64,000 nucleotides of DNA from Leptogorgia sarmentosa (Eukaryota): positions 14,818,001 to 14,882,000 of the forward strand of contig OZ210885.1 of NCBI GenBank assembly GCA_964658305.1. The letters run 5' to 3'. Below, one piece after another: positions 1 through 10,800 of the stretch (the first letter of the stretch is position 1; the number at the start of each line of letters is the position of its first letter). Position numbers and translations under genes: made by a program. Below the pieces are notes generated by a model, which was not told the DNA's origin, did no database searches, and was given only the letters and a program-made list of their open reading frames with translations.

Positions 1-179
1 ATGTAACAATAACAAAACCCTGAAGTTGAAATTGAAAGGAATGATATTTACAAATAGGCATTAAATAACATTTAGCAAAACAACAATACAAAGTATTTCC
101 AGATGTAGCAATAACAAAATCCCTGAAGTTTACATTGAAAGCAAACCTATTTACAAACACACATACAATAAAATGAAGC

Positions 180-299
180 AAGTCTACAACACAAAGTATT
201 CCTAGGTGGTCACCCATCCAAGTACTAACTTTGCCCACCTAGGCTTAACTTCGGTGATCAGACGAGAACCGGTATTTTCCTAGTGGTATGGTCGTAGCC
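180..299 (-). rRNA. 5S rRNA gene copy (first in window; variant G2, C17, A97)
   Basis: Reverse complement GGCTACGACCATACCACTAGGAAAATACCGGTTCTCGTCTGATCACCGAAGTTAAGCCTAGGTGGGCAAAGTTAGTACTTGGATGGGTGACCACCTAGGAATACTTTGTGTTGTAGACTT, 120 nt with hallmark eukaryotic 5S motifs. Confidence 0.93.
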
Positions 300-395
300 A
301 TTTGTTGATGGAAGTTACACTTTTTAAACATGTAACAATAACAAAACCCTGAAGTTGAAATTGAAAGCAAACCTATTTACAAACACACATACAAT

Positions 396-399
396 AAAA
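396..399 (-). terminator. Pol III T4 terminator; representative copy
   Basis: Minus strand reads GTAGACTT-GCTTCA-TTTT-ATT; first T4 run 6 nt after nt 120. Confidence 0.7.
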
Positions 400-405
400 T
401 GAAGC

Positions 406-525
406 AAGTCTACAACACAAAGTATTCCCAGGTGGTCACCCATCCAAGTACTAACTTTGCCCACCTAGGCTTAACTTCGGTGATCAGACGAGAACTGGTA
501 TTTTCCTACTGGTATGGTCGTAGAC
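406..525 (-). rRNA. 5S rRNA gene copy (G30A variant)
   Basis: 226 bp from the previous copy; starts GTCTACGACCATACC and ends GTTGTAGACTT. Helix I (1-9/110-118) pairs fully. Confidence 0.93.
429..476 (-). promoter_or_regulatory. RNA polymerase III type 1 internal control region (box A, intermediate element, box C); representative copy
   Basis: Gene nt 50-97: AGTTAAGC (box A) through TGGATGGGTGACCACCTG (box C), at the positions known for TFIIIA-dependent 5S promoters. Confidence 0.85.
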
Positions 526-857
526 ATTTGTTGATGCAAGTTACACTTTTCAAATTTGTAACAATAACAAAACCCTGAAGTTGAAATTGAAAGCAAACCT
601 ATTTACAAACACACATACAATAAAATGAAGCAAGTCTACAACACAAAGTATTCCCAGGTAGTCACCCATCCAAGTACTAACTTTGCCCACCTAGGCTTAA
701 CTTCGGTGATCAGACGAGAACCGTTATTTTCCTACTGGTATGGTCGTAGACATTTGTTCATGGAAGTTACACTTTTTAAACGTGTAACAATAACAAAACC
801 CTGAAGTTGAAATTGAAAGCAAACCTATTTACAAACACACATACAATAAAATGAAGC

Positions 858-977
858 AAGTCTACAACACAAAGTATTCCCAGGTGGTCACCCATCCAAG
901 TACTAACGTTGCCCACCTAGGCTTAACTTCGGTGATCAGACGAGAACCGGTATTTTCCTACTCGTACGGTCGTAGAC
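858..977 (-). rRNA. 5S rRNA gene copy (A11G, C15G, A70C variant) with a long spacer upstream
   Basis: Same 120-nt frame; plus strand tcgtacggtcgtagac and aacgttgccc mark the substitutions. Confidence 0.88.
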
Positions 978-991
978 ATTTGTTGATGGAA

Positions 992-1014
992 GTTACACTT
1001 TTTAAACGTGTAAC
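992..1014 (-). promoter_or_regulatory. Upstream TATA-like element (TTTAAAAA, -29 to -22) inside a 7-bp inverted repeat; representative copy
   Basis: Plus strand GTTACAC-tttttaaac-GTGTAAC; position matches the -30/-25 AT-rich elements described upstream of many 5S genes. Confidence 0.6.
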
Positions 1015-1045
1015 AATAACAAAACCCTGAAGTTGAAATTGAAAG

Positions 1046-1148
1046 GAATTATATTTACAAATAGGCATTAAATAACATTTAGTAAAACAACAATACAAAG
1101 TATTTCCAGATGTAGCAATAACAAAATCCCTGAAGTTTACATTGAAAG
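1046..1148 (-). pseudogene. 103-bp spacer insert: degenerate repeat unit with a 124-bp internal deletion, holding a 5S 3'-end relic at 1084-1109; representative of 73 copies
   Basis: First 64 nt align ungapped with spacer plus 5S nt 120-95 (about 46/64; relic 21/26). Last 39 nt align with the spacer segment gtgtaac...ttgaaag (about 34/39). Confidence 0.88.
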
Positions 1149-4100
1149 CAAACCTATTTACAAACACACATACAATAAAATGAAGCAAGTCTACAACACA
1201 AAGTATTCCCAGGTGGTCACCCATCCAAGTACTAACGTTGCCCACCTAGGCTTAACTTTGGTGATCAGACGAGAACCGGTATTTTCCTACTCGTACGGTC
1301 GTAGACATTTGTTGATGGAAGTTATACTTTTTAAACGTGTAACAATAACAAAACCCTGAAGTTGAAATTGAAAGCAAACCTATTTACAAACACACATACA
1401 ATAAAATGAAGCAAGTCTACAACACAAAGTATTCCCAGGTAGTCACCCATCCAAGTACTAACTTTGCCCACCTAGGCTTAACTTCGGTGATCAGACGAGA
1501 ACCGGTATTTTCCTACTGGTATGGTCGTAGACATTTGTTGATGGAAGTTACACTTTTTAAACGTGTAACAATAACAAAACCCTGAAGTTGAAATTGAAAG
1601 CAAACCTATTTACAAACACACATACAATAAAATGAAGCAAGTCTACAACACAAAGTATTCTCAGGTGGTCACCCATCCAACTACTAACTTTGCCCACCTA
1701 GGCTTAACTTCGGTGATCAGACGAGAACCGGTATTTTCCTACTCGTATGGTCGTAAACATTTGTTGATGGAAGTTACACTTTTTAAACGTGTAACAATAA
1801 CAAAACCCCGAAGTTGAAATTGAAAGCAAACCTATTTACAAACACACATACAATAAAATGAAGCAAGTCTACAACACAAAGTATTCCCAGGTGGTCACCC
1901 ATCCAACTACTAACTTTGCCCACCTAGGCTTAACTTCGGTGATCAGACGAGAACCGGTATTTTCCTACTCGTACGGTCGTAGACATTTGTGGATGGAAGT
2001 TACACTTTTTAAACGTGTAACAATAACAAAACCCTGAAGTTGAAATTGAAAGGAATGATATTTACAAATAGGCATTAAATAACATTTAGCAAAACAACAA
2101 TACAAAGTATTTCCAGATGTAGCAATAACAAAATCCCTGAAGTTTACATTGACAGCAAACCTATTTACAAACACACATACAATAAAATGAAGCAAGTCTA
2201 CAACACAAAGTATTCCCAGGCGGTCACCCATCCAACTACTAACTGTGCCCACCTAGGGTTAACTTCGGTGATCAGACGAGAACCGGTACTTTCCTACTGG
2301 TATCGTCGTAGACATTTGTTGATGGAAGTAACACTTTTTAAACATGTAACAATAACAAAACCCTGAAGTTGAAATTGAAAGCAAACCTATTTACAAACAC
2401 ACATACAATAAAATGAAGCAAGTCTACAACACAAAGTATTCCCAGGTGGTCACCCATCCAACTACTAACTTTGCCCACCTAGGCTTAACTTCGGTGATCA
2501 GACGAGAACCGGTATTTTCCTACTCGTATGGTCGTAAACATTTGTTGATGGAAGTTACACTTTTTAAACGTGTAACAATAACAAAACCCCGAAGTTGAAA
2601 TTGAAAGCAAACCTATTTACAAACACACATACAATAAAATGAAGCAAGTCTACAACACAAAGTATTCCCAGGTGGTCACCCATCCAACTACTAACTTTGC
2701 CCACCTAGGCTTAACTTCGGTGATCAGACGAGAACCGGTATTTTCCTACTCGTACGGTCGTAGACATTTGTTGATGGAAGTTACACTTTTTAAACGTGTA
2801 ACAATAACAAAACCCTGAAGTTGAAATTGAAAGGAATTATATTTACAAATAGGCATTAAATAACATTTAGTAAAACAACAATACAAAGTATATCCAGATG
2901 TACCAATAACAAAATCCCTGAAGTTTACATTGAAAGCAAACCTATTTACAAACACACATACAATAAAATGAAGCAAGTCTACAACACAAAGTATTCCCAG
3001 GTGGTCACCCAACCAAGTACTAACGTTGCCCACCTAGGCTTAACTTCGGTGATCAGACGAGAACCGGTATTTTCCAACTGGTATGGTTGTAGACATTTGT
3101 TGATGGAAGTTACACTTTTTAAACGTGTAACAATAACAAAACCCTGAAGTTGAAATTGAAAGCAAACCTATTTACAAACACACATACAATAAAATGAAGC
3201 AAGTCTCCAACACAAAGTATTCCCAGGTGGTCACCCATCCAACTACTAACTGTGCCCACCTAGGGTTAACTTCGGTGATCAGACGAGAACCGGTATTTTC
3301 CTACTTGTACGGTCATAGACATTTGTTGATGGAAGTTACACTTTTTAAACATGTAACAATAACAAAACCCTGAAGTTGAAATTGAAAGGAATGATATTTA
3401 CAAATAGGCATTAAATAACATTTAGCAAAACAACAATACAAAGTATTTCCAGATGTAGCAATAACAAAATCCCTGAAGTTTACATTGAAAGCAAACCTAT
3501 TTACAAACACACATACAATAAAATGAAGCAAGTCTACAACACAAAGTATTCCCAGGTGGTCACCCATCCAAGTACTAACTTTGCCCACCTAGGCTTAACT
3601 TCAGTGATCAGACGAGAACCGGTACTTTCCTACTGGTATCGTCGTAGACATTTGTTGATGGAAGTAACACTTTTTAAACATGTAACAATAACAAAACCCT
3701 GAAGTTGAAATTGAAAGCAAACCTATTTACAAACACACATACAATAAAATGAAGCAAGTCTACAACACAAAGTATTCCCAGGTGGTCACCCATCCAACTA
3801 CTAACTTTGCCCACCTAGGCTTAACTTCGGTGATCAGACGAGAACCGGTATTTTCCTACTCGTATGGTCGTAAACATTTGTTGATGGAAGTTACACTTTT
3901 TAAACGTGTAACAATAACAAAACCCCGAAGTTGAAATTGAAAGCAAACCTATTTACAAACACACATACAATAAAATGAAGCAAGTCTACAACACAAAGTA
4001 TTCCCAGGTGGTCACCCATCCAACTACTAACTTTGCCCACCTAGGCTTAACTTCGGTGATCAGACGAGAACCGGTATTTTCCTACTCGTACGGTCGTAGA

Positions 4101-4773
4101 CATTTGTTGATGGAAGTTACACTTTTTAAACGTGTAACAATAACAAAACCCTGAAGTTGAAATTGAAAGGAATTATATTTACAAATAGGCATTAAATAAC
4201 ATTTAGTAAAACAACAATACAAAGTATATCCAGATGTAGCAATAACAAAATCCCTGAAGTTTACATTGAAAGCAAACGTATTTACAAACACACATACAAT
4301 AAAATGAAGCAAGTCTACAACACAAAGTATTCCCAGGTGGTCACCCATCCAAGTACTAACGTTGCCCACCTAGGCTTAACTTCGGTGATCAGACGAGAAC
4401 CGGTATTTTCCTACTGGTATGGTTGTAGACATTTGTTGATGAAAGTTACACTTTTTAAACGTGTAACAATAACAAAACCCTGAAGTTGAAATTGAAAGCA
4501 AACCTATTTACAAACACACATACAATAAAATGAAGCAAGTCTACAACACAAAGTATTCCCAGGTAGTCACCCATCCAAGTACTAACTTTGCCCACCTAGG
4601 CTTAACTTCGGTGATCAGACGAGAACCGGTATTTTCCTAGTGGTATGGTCGTAGCCATTTGTTGATGGAAGTTACACTTTTTAAACATGTAACAATAACA
4701 AAACCCTGAAGTTGAAATTGAAAGCAAACCTATTTACAAACACACATACAATAAAATGAAGCAAGTCTACAAC

Positions 4774-4893
4774 ACAAAGTATTCCCAGGTGGTCACCCAT
4801 CCAAGTACTAACTTTGCCCACCTAGGCTTAACTTCGGTGATCAGACGAGAACCGGTATTTTCCTACTGGTATGGTCGTAGACATTTGTTGATG
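4774..4893 (-). rRNA. 5S rRNA gene copy matching the by-eye consensus of the array
   Basis: GTCTACGACCATACCAGTAGGAAAATACCGGTTCTCGTCTGATCACCGAAGTTAAGCCTAGGTGGGCAAAGTTAGTACTTGGATGGGTGACCACCTGGGAATACTTTGTGTTGTAGACTT; helices I, III, IV and V fold, GUGA GNRA tetraloop at 87-90, loop E AGUA/GAA. Confidence 0.93.
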
Positions 4894-7800
4894 CAAGTTA
4901 CACTTTTTAAATTTGTAACAATAACAAAACCCTGAAGTTGAAATTGAAAGCAAACCTATTTACAAACACACATACAATAAAATGAAGCAAGTCTACAACA
5001 CAAAGTATTCCCAGGTAGTCACCCATCCAAGTACTAACTTTGCCCACCTAGGCTTAACTTCGGTGATCAGACGAGAACCGGAATTTTCCTACTCGTACGG
5101 TCGTAGACATTTGTTGATGGAAGTTACACTTTTTAAACGTGTAACAATAACAAAACCCTGAAGTTGAAATTGAAAGGAATGATATTTACAAATAGGCATT
5201 AAATAACATTTAGCAAAACAACAATACAAAGTATTTCCAGATGTAGCAATAACAAAATCCCTGAAGTTTACATTGAAAGCAAACCTATTTACAAACACAC
5301 ATACAATAAAATGAAGCAAGTCTACAACACAAAGTATTCCCAGGCAGTCACCCATCCAACTACTAACTGTGCCCACCTAGGGTTAACTTCGGTGATCAGA
5401 CGAGAACCGGTACTTTCCTACTGGTATCGTCGTAGACATTTGTTGATGGAAGTAACACTTTTTAAACATGTAACAATAACAAAACCCTGAATTTGAAATT
5501 GAAAGCAAACCTATTTACAAACACACATACAATAAAATGAAGCAAGTCTACAACACAAAGTATTCCCAGGTGGTCACCCATCCAACTACTAACTGTGCCC
5601 ACCTAGGGTTAACTTCGGTGATCAGACGAGAACCGGTATTTTCCTACTTGTACGGTCATAGACATTTGTTGATGGAAGTTACACTTTTTAAACATGTAAC
5701 AATAACAAAACCCTGAAGTTGAAATTGAAAGGAATGATATTTACAAATAGGCATTAAATAACATTTAGCAAAACAACAATACAAAGTATTTCCAGATGTA
5801 GCAATAACAAAATCCCTGAAGTTTACATTGAAAGCAAACCTATTTACAAACACACATACAATAAAATGAAGCAAGTCTACAACACAAAGTATTCCTAGGT
5901 GGTCACCCATCCAAGTACTAACTTTGCCCACCTAGGCTTAACTTCGGTGATCAGACGAGAACCGGTATTTTCCTAGTGGTATGGTCGTAGCCATTTGTTG
6001 ATGGAAGTTACACTTTTTAAACATGTAACAATAACAAAACCCTGAAGTTGAAATTGAAAGCAAACCTATTTACAAACACACATACAATAAAATGAAGCAA
6101 GTCTACAACACAAAGTATTCCCAGGTGGTCACCCATCCAAGTACTAACTTTGCCCACCTAGGCTTAACTTCGGTGATCAGACGAGAACTGGTATTTTCCT
6201 ACTGGTATGGTCGTAGACATTTGTTGATGCAAGTTACACTTTTCAAATTTGTAACAATAACAAAACCCTGAAGTTGAAATTGAAAGCAAACCTATTTACA
6301 AACACACATACAATAAAATGAAGCAAGTCTACAACACAAAGTATTCCCAGGTAGTCACCCATCCAAGTACTAACTTTGCCCACCTAGGCTTAACTTCGGT
6401 GATCAGACGAGAACCGTTATTTTCCTACTGGTATGGTCGTAGACATTTGTTCATGGAAGTTACACTTTTTAAACGTGTAACAATAACAAAACCCTGAAGT
6501 TGAAATTGAAAGCAAACCTATTTACAAACACACATACAATAAAATGAAGCAAGTCTACAACACAAAGTATTCCCAGGTGGTCACCCATCCAAGTACTAAC
6601 GTTGCCCACCTAGGCTTAACTTCGGTGATCAGACGAGAACCGGTATTTTCCTACTCGTACGGTCGTAGACATTTGTTGATGGAAGTTACACTTTTTAAAC
6701 GTGTAACAATAACAAAACCCTGAAGTTGAAATTGAAAGGAATTATATTTACAAATAGGCATTAAATAACATTTAGTAAAACAACAATACAAAGTATTTCC
6801 AGATGTAGCAATAACAAAATCCCTGAAGTTTACATTGAAAGCAAACCTATTTACAAACACACATACAATAAAATGAAGCAAGTCTACAACACAAAGTATT
6901 CCCAGGTGGTCACCCATCCAAGTACTAACGTTGCCCACCTAGGCTTAACTTTGGTGATCAGACGAGAACCGGTATTTTCCTACTCGTACGGTCGTAGACA
7001 TTTGTTGATGGAAGTTATACTTTTTAAACGTGTAACAATAACAAAACCCTGAAGTTGAAATTGAAAGCAAACCTATTTACAAACACACATACAATAAAAT
7101 GAAGCAAGTCTACAACACAAAGTATTCCCAGGTAGTCACCCATCCAAGTACTAACTTTGCCCACCTAGGCTTAACTTCGGTGATCAGACGAGAACCGGTA
7201 TTTTCCTACTGGTATGGTCGTAGACATTTGTTGATGGAAGTTACACTTTTTAAACGTGTAACAATAACAAAACCCTGAAGTTGAAATTGAAAGCAAACCT
7301 ATTTACAAACACACATACAATAAAATGAAGCAAGTCTACAACACAAAGTATTCTCAGGTGGTCACCCATCCAACTACTAACTTTGCCCACCTAGGCTTAA
7401 CTTCGGTGATCAGACGAGAACCGGTATTTTCCTACTCGTATGGTCGTAAACATTTGTTGATGGAAGTTACACTTTTTAAACGTGTAACAATAACAAAACC
7501 CCGAAGTTGAAATTGAAAGCAAACCTATTTACAAACACACATACAATAAAATGAAGCAAGTCTACAACACAAAGTATTCCCAGGTGGTCACCCATCCAAC
7601 TACTAACTTTGCCCACCTAGGCTTAACTTCGGTGATCAGACGAGAACCGGTATTTTCCTACTCGTACGGTCGTAGACATTTGTGGATGGAAGTTACACTT
7701 TTTAAACGTGTAACAATAACAAAACCCTGAAGTTGAAATTGAAAGGAATGATATTTACAAATAGGCATTAAATAACATTTAGCAAAACAACAATACAAAG

Positions 7801-10800
7801 TATTTCCAGATGTAGCAATAACAAAATCCCTGAAGTTTACATTGAAAGCAAACCTATTTACAAACACACATACAATAAAATGAAGCAAGTCTACAACACA
7901 AAGTATTCCCAGGCGGTCACCCATCCAACTACTAACTGTGCCCACCTAGGGTTAACTTCGGTGATCAGACGAGAACCGGTACTTTCCTACTGGTATCGTC
8001 GTAGACATTTGTTGATGGAAGTAACACTTTTTAAACATGTAACAATAACAAAACCCTGAAGTTGAAATTGAAAGCAAACCTATTTACAAACACACATACA
8101 ATAAAATGAAGCAAGTCTACAACACAAAGTATTCCCAGGTGGTCACCCATCCAACTACTAACTTTGCCCACCTAGGCTTAACTTCGGTGATCAGACGAGA
8201 ACCGGTATTTTCCTACTCGTATGGTCGTAAACATTTGTTGATGGAAGTTACACTTTTTAAACGTGTAACAATAACAAAACCCCGAAGTTGAAATTGAAAG
8301 CAAACCTATTTACAAACACACATACAATAAAATGAAGCAAGTCTACAACACAAAGTATTCCCAGGTGGTCACCCATCCAACTACTAACTTTGCCCACCTA
8401 GGCTTAACTTCGGTGATCAGACGAGAACCGGTATTTTCCTACTCGTACGGTCGTAGACATTTGTTGATGGAAGTTACACTTTTTAAACGTGTAACAATAA
8501 CAAAACCCTGAAGTTGAAATTGAAAGGAATTATATTTACAAATAGGCATTAAATAACATTTAGTAAAACAACAATACAAAGTATATCCAGATGTAGCAAT
8601 AACAAAATCCCTGAAGTTTACATTGAAAGCAAACCTATTTACAAACACACATACAATAAAATGAAGCAAGTCTACAACACAAAGTATTCCCAGGTGGTCA
8701 CCCAACCAAGTACTAACGTTGCCCACCTAGGCTTAACTTCGGTGATCAGACGAGAACCGGTATTTTCCAACTGGTATGGTTGTAGACATTTGTTGATGGA
8801 AGTTACACTTTTTAAACGTGTAACAATAACAAAACCCTGAAGTTGAAATTGAAAGCAAACCTATTTACAAACACACATACAATAAAATGAAGCAAGTCTC
8901 CAACACAAAGTATTCCCAGGTGGTCACCCATCCAACTACTAACTGTGCCCACCTAGGGTTAACTTCGGTGATCAGACGAGAACCGGTATTTTCCTACTTG
9001 TACGGTCGTAGACATTTGTTGATGGAAGTTACACTTTTTAAACGTGTAACAATAACAAAACCCTGAAGTTGAAATTGAAAGGAATTATATTTACAAATAG
9101 GCATTAAATAACATTTAGTAAAACAACAATACAAAGTATTTCCAGATGTAGCAATAACAAAATCCCTGAAGTTTACATTGAAAGCAAACCTATTTACAAA
9201 CACACATACAATAAAATGAAGCAAGTCTACAACACAAAGTATTCCCAGGTGGTCACCCATCCAAGTACTAACGTTGCCCACCTAGGCTTAACTTTGGTGA
9301 TCAGACGAGAACCGGTATTTTCCTACTCGTACGGTCGTAGACATTTGTTGATGGAAGTTACACTTTTTAAACGTGTAACAATAACAAAGCCCTGAAGTTG
9401 AAATTGAAAGCAAACCTATTTACAAACACACATACAATAAAATGAAGCAAGTCTACAACACAAAGTATTCCCAGGTAGTCACCCATCCAAGTACTAACTT
9501 TGCCCACCTAGGCTTAACTTCGGTGATCAGACGAGAACCGGTATTTTCCTACTGGTATGGTCGTAGACATTTGTTGATGGAAGTTACACTTTTTAAACGT
9601 GTAACAATAACAAAACCCTGAAGTTGAAATTGAAAGCAAACCTATTTACAAACACACATACAATAAAATGAAGCAAGTCTACAACACAAAGTATTCCCAG
9701 GTAGTCACCCATCCAAGTACTAACTTTGCCCACCTAGGCTTAACTTCGGTGATCAGACGAGAACCGGTATTTTCCTACTCGTACGGTCGTAGACATTTGT
9801 TGATGGAAGTTACACTTTTTAAACGTGTAACAATAACAAAACCCTGAAGTTGAAATTGAAAGGAATGATATTTACAAATAGGCATTAAATAACATTTAGC
9901 AAAACAACAATACAAAGTATTTCCAGATGTAGCAATAACAAAATCCCTGAAGTTTACATTGAAAGCAAACCTATTTACAAACACACATACAATAAAATGA
10001 AGCAAGTCTACAACACAAAGTATTCCCAGGCAGTCACCCATCCAACTACTAACTGTGCCCACCTAGGGTTAACTTCGGTGATCAGACGAGAACCGGTACT
10101 TTCCTACTGGTATCGTCGTAGACATTTGTTGATGGAAGTAACACTTTTTAAACATGTAACAATAACAAAACCCTGAATTTGAAATTGAAAGCAAACCTAT
10201 TTACAAACACACATACAATAAAATGAAGCAAGTCTACAACACAAAGTATTCCCAGGTGGTCACCCATCCAACTACTAACTGTGCCCACCTAGGGTTAACT
10301 TCGGTGATCAGACGAGAACCGGTATTTTCCTACTTGTACGGTCATAGACATTTGTTGATGGAAGTTACACTTTTTAAACATGTAACAATAACAAAACCCT
10401 GAAGTTGAAATTGAAAGGAATGATATTTACAAATAGGCATTAAATAACATTTAGCAAAACAACAATACAAAGTATTTCCAGATGTAGCAATAACAAAATC
10501 CCTGAAGTTTACATTGAAAGCAAACCTATTTACAAACACACATACAATAAAATGAAGCAAGTCTACAACACAAAGTATTCCTAGGTGGTCACCCATCCAA
10601 GTACTAACTTTGCCCACCTAGGCTTAACTTCGGTGATCAGACGAGAACCGGTATTTTCCTAGTGGTATGGTCGTAGCCATTTGTTGATGGAAGTTACACT
10701 TTTTAAACATGTAACAATAACAAAACCCTGAAGTTGAAATTGAAAGCAAACCTATTTACAAACACACATACAATAAAATGAAGCAAGTCTACAACACAAA

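Noticed and set aside
180..299. Species assignment
   Set aside because: The sequence looks like invertebrate animal 5S, but I cannot name the taxon without a database search.
300..405. Nucleosome-positioning code from A-tracts and the 226-bp unit length
   Set aside because: Plausible, but A-tract phasing is not clearly 10-bp periodic by eye and cannot be supported without computation or MNase data.
978..1186. Linked small RNA gene (spliced leader, U snRNA, tRNA) or transposon in the long spacer
   Set aside because: The insert is fully explained as a decayed copy of the unit; no cloverleaf, snRNA motif or terminal repeats seen. The flanking ttgaaag repeat is unit homology, not a target-site duplication.
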